Assembly (NCBI GenBank): GCA_013239625.1 | Contig: MU057344.1 | Coordinates: 1,490,276 to 1,554,275, forward strand | Length of the DNA: 64,000 bases | Direction: 5' to 3' | DNA from: Lama guanicoe | Lineage: Eukaryota | In this document: in pieces, positions 37,821-49,459 of the stretch | Position numbering within the stretch: the first letter of the stretch is position 1 | How the letters are laid out: every line of letters starts with the position of its first letter | Notes under the pieces: model-generated | Database searches by the model: none | The model's input: only the letters and a program-made list of their open reading frames with translations | What the model was told of the DNA's origin: nothing | Translations under genes and position numbers: made by a program

Positions 37821-39539
37821 CCGCCTCGGGGCTTCTTGGCCCCTTCCCGGCCCGTCTCCCGGCCCGCCAGCCCTTCCCGTCCCACCGCCCCACCCGCGAG
37901 CCCATTTGTCTGTGGGTTTCTGATGTTGGAGCCACTGTGTCCCACTGGGCGGCTGGTTTCCCACGAGCTGCTGTGCTCTGTCACCAGGACCCGCCAGGAC
38001 TTTGGTGTGATGAGTCATTAGAACCTGTGTGGCTGTCCACCACCATGTCCCTAAGTGGGCCGATGGGGGCCGTCACTGTGGGCTGGCACACTCTCCCTTG
38101 AAAGGGCGGGCGCTTTCTGGTGCGGGTTCTTGTCCTGACTGGGTGGGCGTTTACTGGAGGGGACAGACTGTGCGTTCTACAGAAGCAGCTGGACCCTTCG
38201 GGGAGGAAGCTGTCATGTGGACACGTGGGACAGGGTCCGGGGGCTGCAGCTCAGCCAGCAGCAGCGGGCCCCGCCCAGCTCCAGGACTCGGCCCTCCTGG
38301 GGCCCCCTGGCTCCAGGTGCCGGTGGTCTACGGGGGCTTTCTCCCAGCTCCCCGCTTCCATGTCCCCCAGGGTCCCAGCGGGGCCCCCAGTGTTCTCAAG
38401 TCCTCCCGCCTGGCACATGCTGACTGCCAGGGCATCCCCTAAGCCCGCATGGGGAGACCAAGGAGGGCACGGGGGCAGGTTCAGCCGACACCCCCAGGCC
38501 ACCCTCCCTCCCCTGTGTCCGGGGACCAGTGTCGGGGAGGGCAGCCCGGCAGGGCTGAGCAGAAGCACTTACGAAAACTGCTCGAAAATCAATCTTAGCA
38601 AAAGAAAAAGAAACACAAAATCTGTTGTTAAAAAACCCACAAACAACAAAAGTGCGTCTTGCACTCGTGAGGGTGAAGGGAGGTTCTCCCAGCACCGACG
38701 CCGTCAACCTCTCGCAGTCAACGCTGCTCCTTTCCCACCCGGCGCCCCGACGGCCCCTCACAGCTCTGAATGTGGGGTCCGGAGCCCTGGAGCCGGCATC
38801 CTGGCCTGAGCCGGGCTGGCAGCCTCGCTGACCTCCCACCGTCCCGGCTCTTCTCCAGGGACCCCGAGCTGCAGGGCTGTGGCCGTCCCTGCAGATGTCC
38901 CAGGACGGTCCCTGGGAGAGACTGCTCCCGGGTCTCTGGGCGACAGTTCAACGGGCTGTCGAGGCAGGTGGTGGGACCGGGGCCTGCAGCTCCTTTCTTG
39001 GAAGGTTTTAAAAGAGAGTAAAACAGGGGACGAAAACCAGGCTGCGGGGCTCGGCCGTGGCCACTGTGCCTGCCACTCTGATTAGTGCTGTCTCAGAAGG
39101 ACCCTGGCTGCGGGCTCGCGGCATCCTTGTCCGGCTAGCAGGTATGGTGGTGTCGCTGTGCCAGGACTGCCCTGTGCGGCCCTGTGCCTCGTTGTTGCCG
39201 GCGCTCGCTTCCCGCCCTGAGCACCTCCCCCGGCCCCCTCCTTCCTCCCTCCAGAAAGCAGCAGGGTGTCCTGGACCCCCGGCATCCCTAGCCATTGTGG
39301 CCTTGCCTTCCCAGCTCCTGAAGAAGGCGGCCATTGCAAGCGGCACTTTGCAAAGTGTGCTTGGCTGGGGGAGCAAATGTTTCGCCTTTTATGTAAATAA
39401 CATGCGGTGGCTGAGGGCTCCTGGGACTTGGGGAGAGACCAGCCCGACCCCGGCTCAGGCGTGGAGCTGAGTTTCTCCTTCCCTTTCTCTGACCCTCAGG
39501 TGCGCAGCCATTCCTGCCTGACCCTCGTCTTTCTCTGCA

Positions 39540-40130
39540 GAGCTGCTTGGTGTAATGGACTTCCTTAAATTAATAATGTGTAGAAGGAGATTTACAACTC
39601 ATTGCTCAAATATTGTCTCTGCCTTTTATTCATGCATTTGTCACTGTGGCCTCTGATCGAGGTGCTCGGAGGAGGGATAAATAAGGAAGAGAGAGAACGC
39701 TCTGTCATAATCCAGGACCATTTGCAAATTCATCACCGATATTCCTGGGGAAGGAGAGACAGAGAGATGACAAATATCCGGCAGCGCTAATATATCTGCT
39801 TGATTTCCTCCCCCATCTATTCAGATAGCCTACTTGGGCCGTGATGGAACGAGGGCCCCGCTGCCCAGCAGCAGACGGGGCCGGGCCCGGGCCGGCGGCG
39901 GGCTCCGGGCGGCAGGCCGTTTGCGTGTTAATAGCGATCCATTTGATTTTGGGTGACTTTGGGGGCAACGATTCCTGGAGGAGCGGTGATCGAGACGATT
40001 TCTGGGGCGAACCCTCACGAGTCTCTCTCTGCAGAGAAAGAGTGGCCATTGCTCCTACTTTCGTGGCCAGGTCCGTTGAGGTCGATGGCCATGATTAAAA
40101 CGAAGAATTGGCCCAAACTCAAATCAATAC
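39540..40130. promoter_or_regulatory. Putative conserved non-coding element with embedded CpG patch
   Basis: AT-rich motif-dense unique sequence flanking a CpG cluster at 39860-39925. Confidence 0.5.
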
Positions 40131-40811
40131 CCCCCCAAAAGAGGCACAGAGATGCGTGTGGTCGGAGGCTTTTGCCTGTCAGCATCTCCCTCCTCACGGT
40201 GAGAGCTGAGCTCAGCGCTTGGATGGGCTTTAAGTGACGGGAACAGAGGAGGGGGAAGAGAAACCTGTCTTGGGGGGGGGTTTCTGAACACCAGGCAGGG
40301 CTGGACCCGCGCCGAGCCCTGCGCTCCTGTGGTCGGTGGGGCCCACCACCCCAGCTCCTCCCAGCCCCAGGGCACCCGGGACAAGAGCCTCCATCAGAGC
40401 CCCAGACTGTCCCAGCGGATCATGGATGGATGGGGTCCCTGCACCATCCACGTGGCCTCCGGGAGCCCCGGGGTGCGTGTCAGCTCCGGGACAGTCTCCA
40501 GCTGCCCAGTGGTCCCCAGAGTGTCGGAGGGGGACCTGGAGGCCCGACGCCGTGCAGTCTGCACGTGGTGTTGCGCCCTAGGCCCCCGAGTCTCTGGGCA
40601 GTGACTGGGGTTGGGCAGGAGGAGCAGCCTAGGGACCTGAGAGGCAAGGGCTCGCCAGAGCCGGCCGCGGCCATCCAGCCTCCCAGGCTGAGGTCCCAGG
40701 ACAGGGGCTCTCACAGCAGGAAGTACGAAGGGAGATCCCTCAGTGATGGCTGAGCCCGAGCAAACCCTCAGACCCCCGGGGAGCGGGGCTGGGAGCAGCA
40801 GGGGGAGAAGC

Positions 40812-40945
40812 TGGGTTGCCAGTTCAATCTGAATTCCAGATAAGCAGCACGCAGTCCTTCAGTAGAAGTGCACCCCGTACTGTGTGCTTTTTATCGTCTC
40901 CACTATGTTTATGTATTATGTTTACAGTCTTATCTGGCAGCGCTA
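40812..40945. mobile_element. MER53-like hAT MITE (internally deleted)
   Basis: Ends gggttgccag...tatctggcagcgcta resemble MER53 termini; internal cagttcaatctgaattccagataagcagca. Confidence 0.65.
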
Positions 40946-41514
40946 CCCCCAGGCCCCATACCCTGCTGTGACCCCCTGGAAATAGGGCAGCATGGGGAGG
41001 GGACTCGGAGGCACACCGACACCAGACTCAGCTGGGTCTAGTCGTCTGGCGGGACCAGGTCCGCCTGCGCAGAAGAGAGATGCTGGCTGACAGAGAGAGT
41101 CGGAGATGGCAGGGAAGTCAGGGCTCACAGGTTACAGGCAACTCTGGGACTCAGGCCTCTTCCGTGGACACACGAGTGCGGCCTGAACTGACGCCTCCTG
41201 GATTTCCCGGGGCGGACCGCCCCGGATGGGGCGCCCAGCAGTCGCTGTGTAAGGGCGGCTGTGGGGAGGCTCTGACTTGTCTGCGAGCCAAGGTGGCCCC
41301 GGGAGACACCTGGTGGGCAGTCTCCCCGCTGGTGACACTGCAGGACACCCCCAGGGCCGCCAGGGGCCCAGCGCCCGCTCCTGCCCGGCCCCCTGCTGAG
41401 GTGGGCCCACCAGCCTCAGTGCGGAGAACGCCATTCTCCCACCTACACGTTTAACAGAAACTGTAACACGTTACGGAATGATACACTTACAAAAATTATA
41501 AAATGTGTAAAATT

Positions 41515-41700
41515 ATAAATCATAAAGATGATGCATGCTCAGCGCAGAAAATAGAGACATTTTTAAAATGAGAATCTCACGTCCCATAGTTTAGAGATAA
41601 CGCTAGGCATGTGTTTTCAGTCGTGTGTGCTCATCTTTTATATATAAATGTATGTGTATAATTGCACGATGTATAAATTATGTAATTTGTGTGTGTGGCT
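41515..41700 (-). mobile_element. Old LINE-1 (L1ME-type) 3' fragment with adjacent AT/TG-rich low complexity
   Basis: aaagatgatgcatgctcagcgcagaaaat...aaaatgagaatctcac...agagataacgc resembles the L1ME reverse signature. Confidence 0.45.
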
Positions 41701-42330
41701 GTGTATGCGTATATGCACACCGACACACATGTGCAAATTACCTCATACACATAGCATGTGACCTGAGGTCATAACTCCCCAAGTCTCTGGCAGCGAAACC
41801 TGCCCGCTGTGACTTGGCGACAACCACCACCAGCCAGGGTCTCAGGACGGGGAGAGGGGCCGCCTCTCTGTGCACTGGTCTACATTCTCCATCACCCAGA
41901 GGCACCGTGACTGCAGCAAAGGCGAAACACAAGGCAAAATAAAACTCGGGTCCAGTCCTCAAGGAGGCTACCTTCCAAAGAGGGAACCAGGCCCTATTTG
42001 GATCTTCAAACTTATTTCTGTTAAAAATGTACTATGATTATTTAAATGAGAGGCACTTCAATTTTCAAAGCCTTTTTTAAGCGCATACCTAAGCCACTGG
42101 TATTTTCCATTTTTTTTGCTGTCAGTTAAATTATAAAACAGGTATTTTCATTAAAAGCCGAGAAGGCGTCCCGCTGCTCCCCAGGGAAGCCACCTTGACA
42201 ATCTGATCCGAGGGGTGCGCCTGTCTTTCGGGTGGGCACGGGATCTGGGGGTACGGGTTCGTTAAAGACTTTTCTTTAAAAATCGCAGAAAGTTAGCCCC
42301 CGGTCGCAGGAGTTGGGACCCCGCCCCACG

Positions 42331-42440
42331 TGCACCCAGCCCACGTGGCACAGGACTCACTTCCGCTGGAAGTTTGCCTGTTGTTTATCTGAAATTCCAG
42401 ACTGACTGGTGTCCGGTACTTTTATCTGCTGAGACCCCCA
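42331..42440. mobile_element. MER53-like hAT MITE half
   Basis: tgttgtttatctgaaattccagactgactggtgtccggtacttttatctg resembles the MER53 arm GTTGTTTATCTGAAATTCAAATTTAACTGGGCGTCCTGTATTTT. Confidence 0.7.
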
Positions 42441-43029
42441 CCCAACCCCGAGGCTGGAGCCTTCACACCCCTGACGTGTGTTCGGGGAGGGCCTGGCCAC
42501 AGCGGCCAGCAGTTCCCGGCTCCTGCAGCCGAGGGTCCCTCCTTAGCATGCGGAGCTGGGGGCCTGCTGGGGTCCACCCCGGGTGAGACTGGACCCGCGC
42601 TCAGGCCTTCTGGAAGGCTGGGGAGGAGGCGAGGGGCCAGTGTGGGACTCCAGACCCCCCACCCGGCGTCCTGGGTCCCCAGTGCTCAGCCGGTCTCAAA
42701 ATCAAGTGCTGACAGCTCAGCCTGAGGTGTCAGGTCGCAAACACCTCCCTCCCTAGTGAATCCCCCGCACATCTGCCAGCGCCTACTGCATGCACAGCCG
42801 CATGGCCACTTGGAGGACACGAAGGGACAGAGACTCTCAAGGAACTCCTCCCGCGCCCCACCTGGAGCAAGGAGGACTTGAGGGAAGGAGGCAGAGAGTC
42901 CCCGGGGCCCACAGAGCAAACAGTGTCCCCCTCCCTTGTGCCCACGGCCAGGGGAGGCCTCGGGACAGAGCCTAGGTCGGGGCACCCTCCCAGTCAGGGT
43001 CCTCAGGCCGGGCCCTGTGATGACAAGAC

Positions 43030-43222
43030 CTTGATAATTACCGATGACCCGACAGGCCTCTCTGCAGGCGCCATGCTGAGAGCTTGGCTGGAATCACCCA
43101 ATTCAGCTTGCCCACCTCCACTTCCGGACGGCGGCGTGGAGCCCAGAGAGGTCAGGGCCCGCCCGGGGGCCACACGGCCAGGAAGAGGCCAGGTTTGAGC
43201 CCCTGTGGGTCTGTGGCTTCCC
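43030..43222 (-). mobile_element. MIR SINE fragment (GC-shifted)
   Basis: caggcgccatgctgagagctt...ggagcccagagaggtcagg...gccacacggccagg...ccaggtttgagccc. Confidence 0.5.
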
Positions 43223-43659
43223 TCTTTCACTTTCCCTCTCCCTGTGACGATGTGGTCCCTCTACTTTCCAAAACCCTCAAAGGGAGAGAAGATGTGGTGA
43301 AACTGGCCCCTCCTCCCGTCCCGACAGCCTGGGGGGGGGGCTGGACGGTGCCCTGACCCCCACCCCAGGTGAGGGGGACACGCAGGAGGGAGGCCAGCCA
43401 GGAACGTCCCGAGAGAACACGATGCTTTCAGAGCTTCTCGAAAGATGGCGAAGGAGCGCTCCAGCCCTCACCAGAAGACACACACGACCGCTGAAAGTGT
43501 TCAGGGAGACGTTCGTTGGAAACTTGGCTGCGGGGCCGGCGGGGCTCTTTGTGTGCTGGTCACAGGCACACCGAGTGCAGACCGAGGGGTTTCCCACATC
43601 TCGTCAAAGGACAGCGCTTCCTCTCCTTTCTCCTCAGGCTGATTAGCCGGCCGGCGATG

Positions 43660-43807
43660 NNNNNNNNNNNNNNNNNNNNNNNNNNNNNNNNNNNNNNNNN
43701 NNNNNNNNNNNNNNNNNNNNNNNNNNNNNNNNNNNNNNNNNNNNNNNNNNNNNNNNNNNNNNNNNNNNNNNNNNNNNNNNNNNNNNNNNNNNNNNNNNNN
43801 NNNNNNN
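43660..43807. other. Assembly gap (148 N)
   Basis: N run. Confidence 0.99.
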
Positions 43808-45359
43808 CAGGGCTTCCTGCCAGCAAGCGGGCCCACAATTAAGTGTCCCCTGCCCGCCCGGCTGCCAGAGGCCGGTCGGAGCGATGGCTCCCAACCCCAG
43901 CCCGCGCGGCCCGGGGGCGCTGTCAGCGAGCCCGCCTTCTTGAGAGAGCAGACATCTGCGTGGGGGTTTTCTCGGCGTCTTGGAAAACGTGAGCACGCCC
44001 CCTCTCACGGCCAGGGCGGCCCCCCGGGAGCCTGAGATCGCAGACGCGGGTCCTGGTGTGGTTTCCACCGATGCAGTGTGAGCAGGCCTGCCAGGCACCC
44101 CGAAGACGCTGAACAAAAGTGGGAACAATTAGGTTTAAAATCACTTCCTGGGCTGTGCCCTTTGTCCCCTCGCGCAGAAGGCACTTTGTCACCGAGCTCC
44201 GGGCTGGCCGACTTCTCCAGGGACGGGTGGAGGGGCCTCCCTCCTCCAGGAGGGGCTCAGGGGAGCCGCCTGGGTCTGTGAGCCTTCCCTGCCTGTGCCC
44301 AGCATCCCGTACCTTCCGGTGCGGTCACCCTGTGCTCAATTTGTCCCCACTCACGTGTCCTCGCTCTGGAGGAGGGGGAGCCGGAGTGCGACCTGGGGAA
44401 GAAGCAGAGTTTCTTCTGAAGGAGACGGAGAGCCCGCCAGACGAGGTGGGGTGCTGGGGGAAGCGCCTCCCCAGAACCGGCTTGTTTGTCCTTTTCAGCT
44501 GTGGTGGAACAGACAGCAGGGTGTAGCTGTCATTTTAACCGTCGGGAAGTGTGCAGGTCACGGTGTTAAGTTCCCGCACGTGGAGCCATCACTGCTGTGT
44601 CCGAACTTTTCCGTCGCCTCCAACAAAAACTCCGCCCTTGAAACAGGAAGCCCCGTTCGCCACCCCCACCCCCGGCCCCTCTGTCTTATCTTCCGTCTTT
44701 GTGGATGCGCTCGCTTGTGTTTTTAAGATGCAACAGTGTATCTAAACTCCGCCAAGAGCAGAGCACCAGGGAGCCGGCTCTATACACTCACTCATCTCTG
44801 GTTTCCCTGGGCTTTGTGAGCAGCCTGCTTGGACCTGCTCAGATGGGAATCACCCTGCCCCTGGGGAGGGAGTAATTTAGGACTGACAGCCGCAGCGGCC
44901 CAGGAGGGAGTGACCTGACGGCAGCGGGTGGACGGTCCTGGGCGCGTGACAAAGAGGAGTGTGTTGGAGCATCCGGCAGGGTCTGTGCTCTGCTGTCCCT
45001 CGACCTTCAGAGTCAGAGACGAGGCAGAAACTAGATGGTCCTCGTGTTATGTTCTGGGACTCCCAGCAGCGGGAGACTAAGGATCGAGGGTCAGGGCAGC
45101 ACCTTTCCAAGACGCAGGGGGCTTCAGGCTCTGTAAGCACAGCTCCTCGAATGCTTTAGGAAGTGGGTGCTCCTGGAAGACCCCAGCCCCGTGATTCGGA
45201 GGGGGTTTTTAAGAAACATTAGCCCTTCTCACTCAGCATAACCCTGAGTGCCCAAGCCCCTTGTCCATCCTGAGGGCCTGAACGAGTCTCCTGACCACTG
45301 GGCGAAGCAGGTGCTCAGTTAGAAGCTGTGAGGCAAAGTCTGTCAGTGAGACTGGTGGC

Positions 45360-45787
45360 TGTGTTAGTTTCCACGTAGTGCCCCAGACCAGGGCTCGGAC
45401 GGCAGGGCCCCCCTCCCCCATCCGGAGGCAGAAGTCCAAGATCCAGAAGCTGCAGGGCTGGTTCCTCCTGAGCCCACGGGGGGTCCGCCCCGGCCTCTCC
45501 CCGGGGCCCCGGTGCTCTGCGTGCTGGTGACCCTCGGGGTGCCCTGGCTTGTGGACACATCAGCCGACCTCTGCTTTGCCAGCACATGGCATCTCCCTGG
45601 TTGCGGGTCCAAATCTCCCCTTTTATAAGGACACCAGTCCTGGGGCATTAGGGCCACCCAAAGTCCTCATCTTAACTTACCCAGTTACGTCTGCAATGAT
45701 TCTACGTCCAAGCAAGGTCCTGTTTCTGATGCTGGGAGTTAGGACCCCAGCATGTGAGTCTGGGGGACTCAGTTCAACCCACCACCA
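45360..45787 (-). mobile_element. MLT1 (ERVL-MaLR) solo LTR, MLT1C-like
   Basis: tgtgttagtttcc...ggaggcagaagtccaagatc...tggcttgtggacacatca...ttataaggacaccagtc...cctcatcttaact...gggggactcagttcaaccc matches the reverse MLT1 consensus end to end. Confidence 0.88.
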
Positions 45788-46953
45788 CAAATATTCATCC
45801 AGCTGTCCCCCCACCCCGGGTGCCGTGCTCCCCGGGGCCCCCGGGGAGGGGTCTGCTCACCCTGGCCTCTGCTCTACCACACAAGGGAGCTGTGGGCACC
45901 CGGGAACCTCCCCGCTCTCTGCCCACTCCTCGCCGTCCCCTCTGACACTCCGTGCGACATGAATGTCTGTGGTGGTGGTGGCACTCGCCCTCCAGACTCC
46001 ACCACCCACGCCCTCTACAGACTCCCCGAGTTCTCGGCCATGCAGACGGGCGGCCCACGGCTTAAGTGTGGTGTGTGATAAACGCAGGAGGTCGTTCTGC
46101 TTTGTGGTTTTCTAAGGTTTGAAAAGTGATTCGGAATAATTTTAGGTTGTCCTGGGGTTGGCAGACGGCGTGACTGGCAATTCGAGAAGACAGGGTTCTT
46201 TAAATGGAGGAACTTCGCTGGCTGGTTTCTAATTTTTAGAAACACAAGTATCGTCACCTGGGAGGAGGCTGACAGCCTCCTGCAATGGTTTTCACGCACT
46301 TGGGCCATCGGGGCCTCGCGGGTTAGGGCCTCGGAGCCGGAGCCGCTGTGTCGTGAAGAGGCTTCCCTCTTCAAATTGGAGACCTGCGCGCGGCCCGCCT
46401 CTGGCCGACGCGTAATCCCACGAGCAATCTGCTGAGCGGACAAAACTTTTCTGCTGTGTAGTCGGTGAAGTGTGTCTGCAAAGGACGGATTTGAAGCGTG
46501 AGGAATTGCTAGCTAAGTGCTGGTGGCAGCGGGTGGCCTGGACGGGGCTTGCGTGAGCGAGGTGACCTGCAGGAGAAATGAGGTTGTGGCCCAGGGTCGG
46601 TGGCGCCCGGCGCAGGCCTGGCTGTGATGGGGGGAGGCCCTGGGAAATGGGCTGTGGGACGTGCCTGGTACTGGGGGCCTATTCCCCGGCTGTGCAGGCG
46701 GGGCTTCTGCCTTCCAGAGGCCCCCCACCAGCCCTCGGGTCTGTGCCTCTGCCAGGCGGCCCAGCACATGAGGACACGCTTGGACATAGCTTGAGACCTG
46801 CTAGCATCCATGGCAGAAGCCCCAGGGTCCCTGCTCCGCTCAGTCCCTTCCGGAAAGGACTTGTGCCACAGCAGGCACCGTGTGTGACACCCCCCCTCCC
46901 CGGGGCCCAGAGACGGCAGCTCCTCTGGGCTGAGCAGTGGGCTTCTCTGGGTT

Positions 46954-47232
46954 TCCCTGGACTCAGGGACCAAGACTCCCCTGGGCTCAGGGACCAAGAG
47001 TCTCCTGGACTCTGGGACAAAGACTCTCCTGGACTTGGAGATAGGTCTCACCTGGTCTCAGGGATAAGGGTTTACCTGAACCAGGTTGAGATCACCTGGA
47101 CTCAGGCACGGGGATCCCCTGGACTCAGGGACCAAGACTCCCCTGGACTCAGGCATAGGACTCCCCTGGATTCGGGGATGCGGCTCCCCTGGACTCAGGG
47201 AAGGGACTCACCTGGACTCACAAATATGGACC
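46954..47232. repeat. Degenerate ~24-bp minisatellite, about 11-12 copies
   Basis: Consensus approximately CTCCCCTGGACTCAGGGACCAAGA, repeated with substitutions and small indels. Confidence 0.88.
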
Positions 47233-48984
47233 CAGCTTCCCTTCCCTGTGGCTGCACCACAGGTGTGTTGCACACTCTGTTAGATGCAAGCTGAGACATG
47301 CCAAGGAGAGGGTCTTCTGAGGGCTTCCGAGGGGGGCTGGAATGGCAGGATGGGGCCCCCTCTTTGCCCCTGGTCCTTCCTGTGTCTGACTCTGTGGCTG
47401 CAGTGGAGCCTCACCTTGCTTTCCGTTTGGCTGAAATTCATTAACTGCCAGGAAATCATGGATTTCCAAACCCAGCTTTTCCCACAACCTTCCACTTAGC
47501 CGAGAAAATCAAATTGATGCAAGCAAGTAACGAGAAACAGCTCCCAAGGACGGCTGAGAAGCCAGGCTGTCGCGCTGTCGATGTGGCTGGTGGCCCACGT
47601 CACGGGGTTATTCACAGGCTCCCTAGGCTCACTCCAGGTGCCACGGGCCAGGTGTTGCTGTGGTGGGTACTCTGCAGCTTTCCGAGAGTGCCTCTGGATA
47701 ATTCTCAGAAGGAGTGAGTCCTCAGGCCCACGGTGGACCCGGCGCAAATGTGCTGCCAGGTGCCTGGCTGCCATCCAGGCCGGGCTCTCGTTAAACGGGG
47801 CCTTTGCGAGGATACAGCCCCTGAGAGCGTCACTGGTGGCCTTTGGCTTCTCCTTAAAAGAGAAGGGACTCGTGTTGTGGAAACCCCATGCACCGCCAGG
47901 AACTGGGGGTCCTGCTGGGGGCCTGGAGGCAGGAGGAGAGGGTGCAGGTCCTCGTCGCCAAGGGGGTCAAGCTGGTGCTAGGGGCGGGCGGCCGGGTGAG
48001 CTGCTGGAGTCACGGAAGGTGCCACCTGTGCCAGCCTTCTGTGCCCTCACCCCGCGTCTGCCGGGCACCAGCGCGGGCGTCACGTAAGTGAGCAAGGGGC
48101 CACGCCACAGCTCGCAAGCGCCACCGTGAAAGGAACAGGTGGAAGGACTGTTGAGATGTGTGAATTAGTCGCTAATGAGGAAAATTAGGAAATTTGCTGA
48201 AGCATGAAAAATGAGAAGTCCAGAGAAAGAAGACAAAGGGGTGGGGAGAGATATGACAGCTGGGTTAATAGGAAGAAATTGGTTTAAAATGTAGAGATGA
48301 TTAATTGGATTAACGTGCCAAAATGGTTAAAGTGGTGTCGGGGACCGGTGGGGGCTGGTGTTTCCTGGGCCACCTGCCACCGCCCTGCCCGGGACAAGTG
48401 CCCTGCAGGGGTCGTGTCCCTGGTCCCACTCGGACTCTGACAGGTGGGCCTGTCATCTCTGCAAGTGCGTCGTCCAGCCAACGCCGAGCCTGGGAAGCGG
48501 CCCTCGCCCTCTGCCCATGCCCCTCCCGGTGGCCAACCCCTCGGGTTCAAGGACCTGGAATGGGACCATTTTGGGGGAGCTCACAACTGCTGCCGGTGGG
48601 TCTGCGGTCACAGAGCTGAGCTGTCCGCGTAAGACGGAAACCCCCAGGACCCGTCTGTGATGTCCCTGCCGCGGGGTCTCACAACCCTGCCGTTCGGACC
48701 CCTCCCTTCGGACCCAGTCCTCTCCCAGCCTGGTCCTGATCTGAGTGGGGGCACTTGGCGCAGCACGGAGAGACTTTCCTGCTCATTCTTACCAAGAAAA
48801 CTCAAGTTTGGGACCTCAGGAGCAAGTCAGCTTCATGAAAGTCAGGCGTCTGAGGTCTGCACGTTTCACCCGCCCATCTGAGTCGGGGGGACCCGTGCTC
48901 CGGGCTCAGAGCCAGACCAGAGGCCACAGCTCATCAGACCTGGCTTTCAGTCCCGAAGCCACCCCTGCGGCAGGTCTGGCTTCC

Positions 48985-49025
48985 CAGCGCCTCAGTTTCC
49001 GGATCTGTAAATTGGGTAACAGTGG
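48985..49025 (+). mobile_element. MIR core fragment
   Basis: gcctcagtttccggatctgtaaattgggtaacagt. Confidence 0.6.
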
Positions 49026-49327
49026 GCCTCGATGCTGGGCTGTCTCGGGGAACACGCAGGGTCACTGGTGCCGACCTCCTGGCAGGCACACTGGTGCTGG
49101 CCGCCGCCCGGACAAGGTGGGTGACAGAGTAAAGCAGCTACTGAGGAAGAAAACCGCGGGCCAAGGCGGGATCTCGGGTGGCGGGTCCCGGCCAGCCGCG
49201 CTCGGGTCAGCAGCGCGCTAACGCCTTTGTCAGGGTGATTAATAGTGGTGGGGACCGTCGTTAATTCACTGCCTAATGACTGCGGCCCGCGCGCGCCGCG
49301 TAATCGGGTGATGTATGTGGAGAGCGC

Positions 49328-49459
49328 NNNNNNNNNNNNNNNNNNNNNNNNNNNNNNNNNNNNNNNNNNNNNNNNNNNNNNNNNNNNNNNNNNNNNNNNN
49401 NNNNNNNNNNNNNNNNNNNNNNNNNNNNNNNNNNNNNNNNNNNNNNNNNNNNNNNNNNN
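49328..49459. other. Assembly gap (132 N)
   Basis: N run. Confidence 0.99.

Noticed and set aside
46578-47294. 238-aa ORF with SPGLRDQD repeats
   Set aside because: In-frame translation of the 24-bp minisatellite; no splice or homology support.
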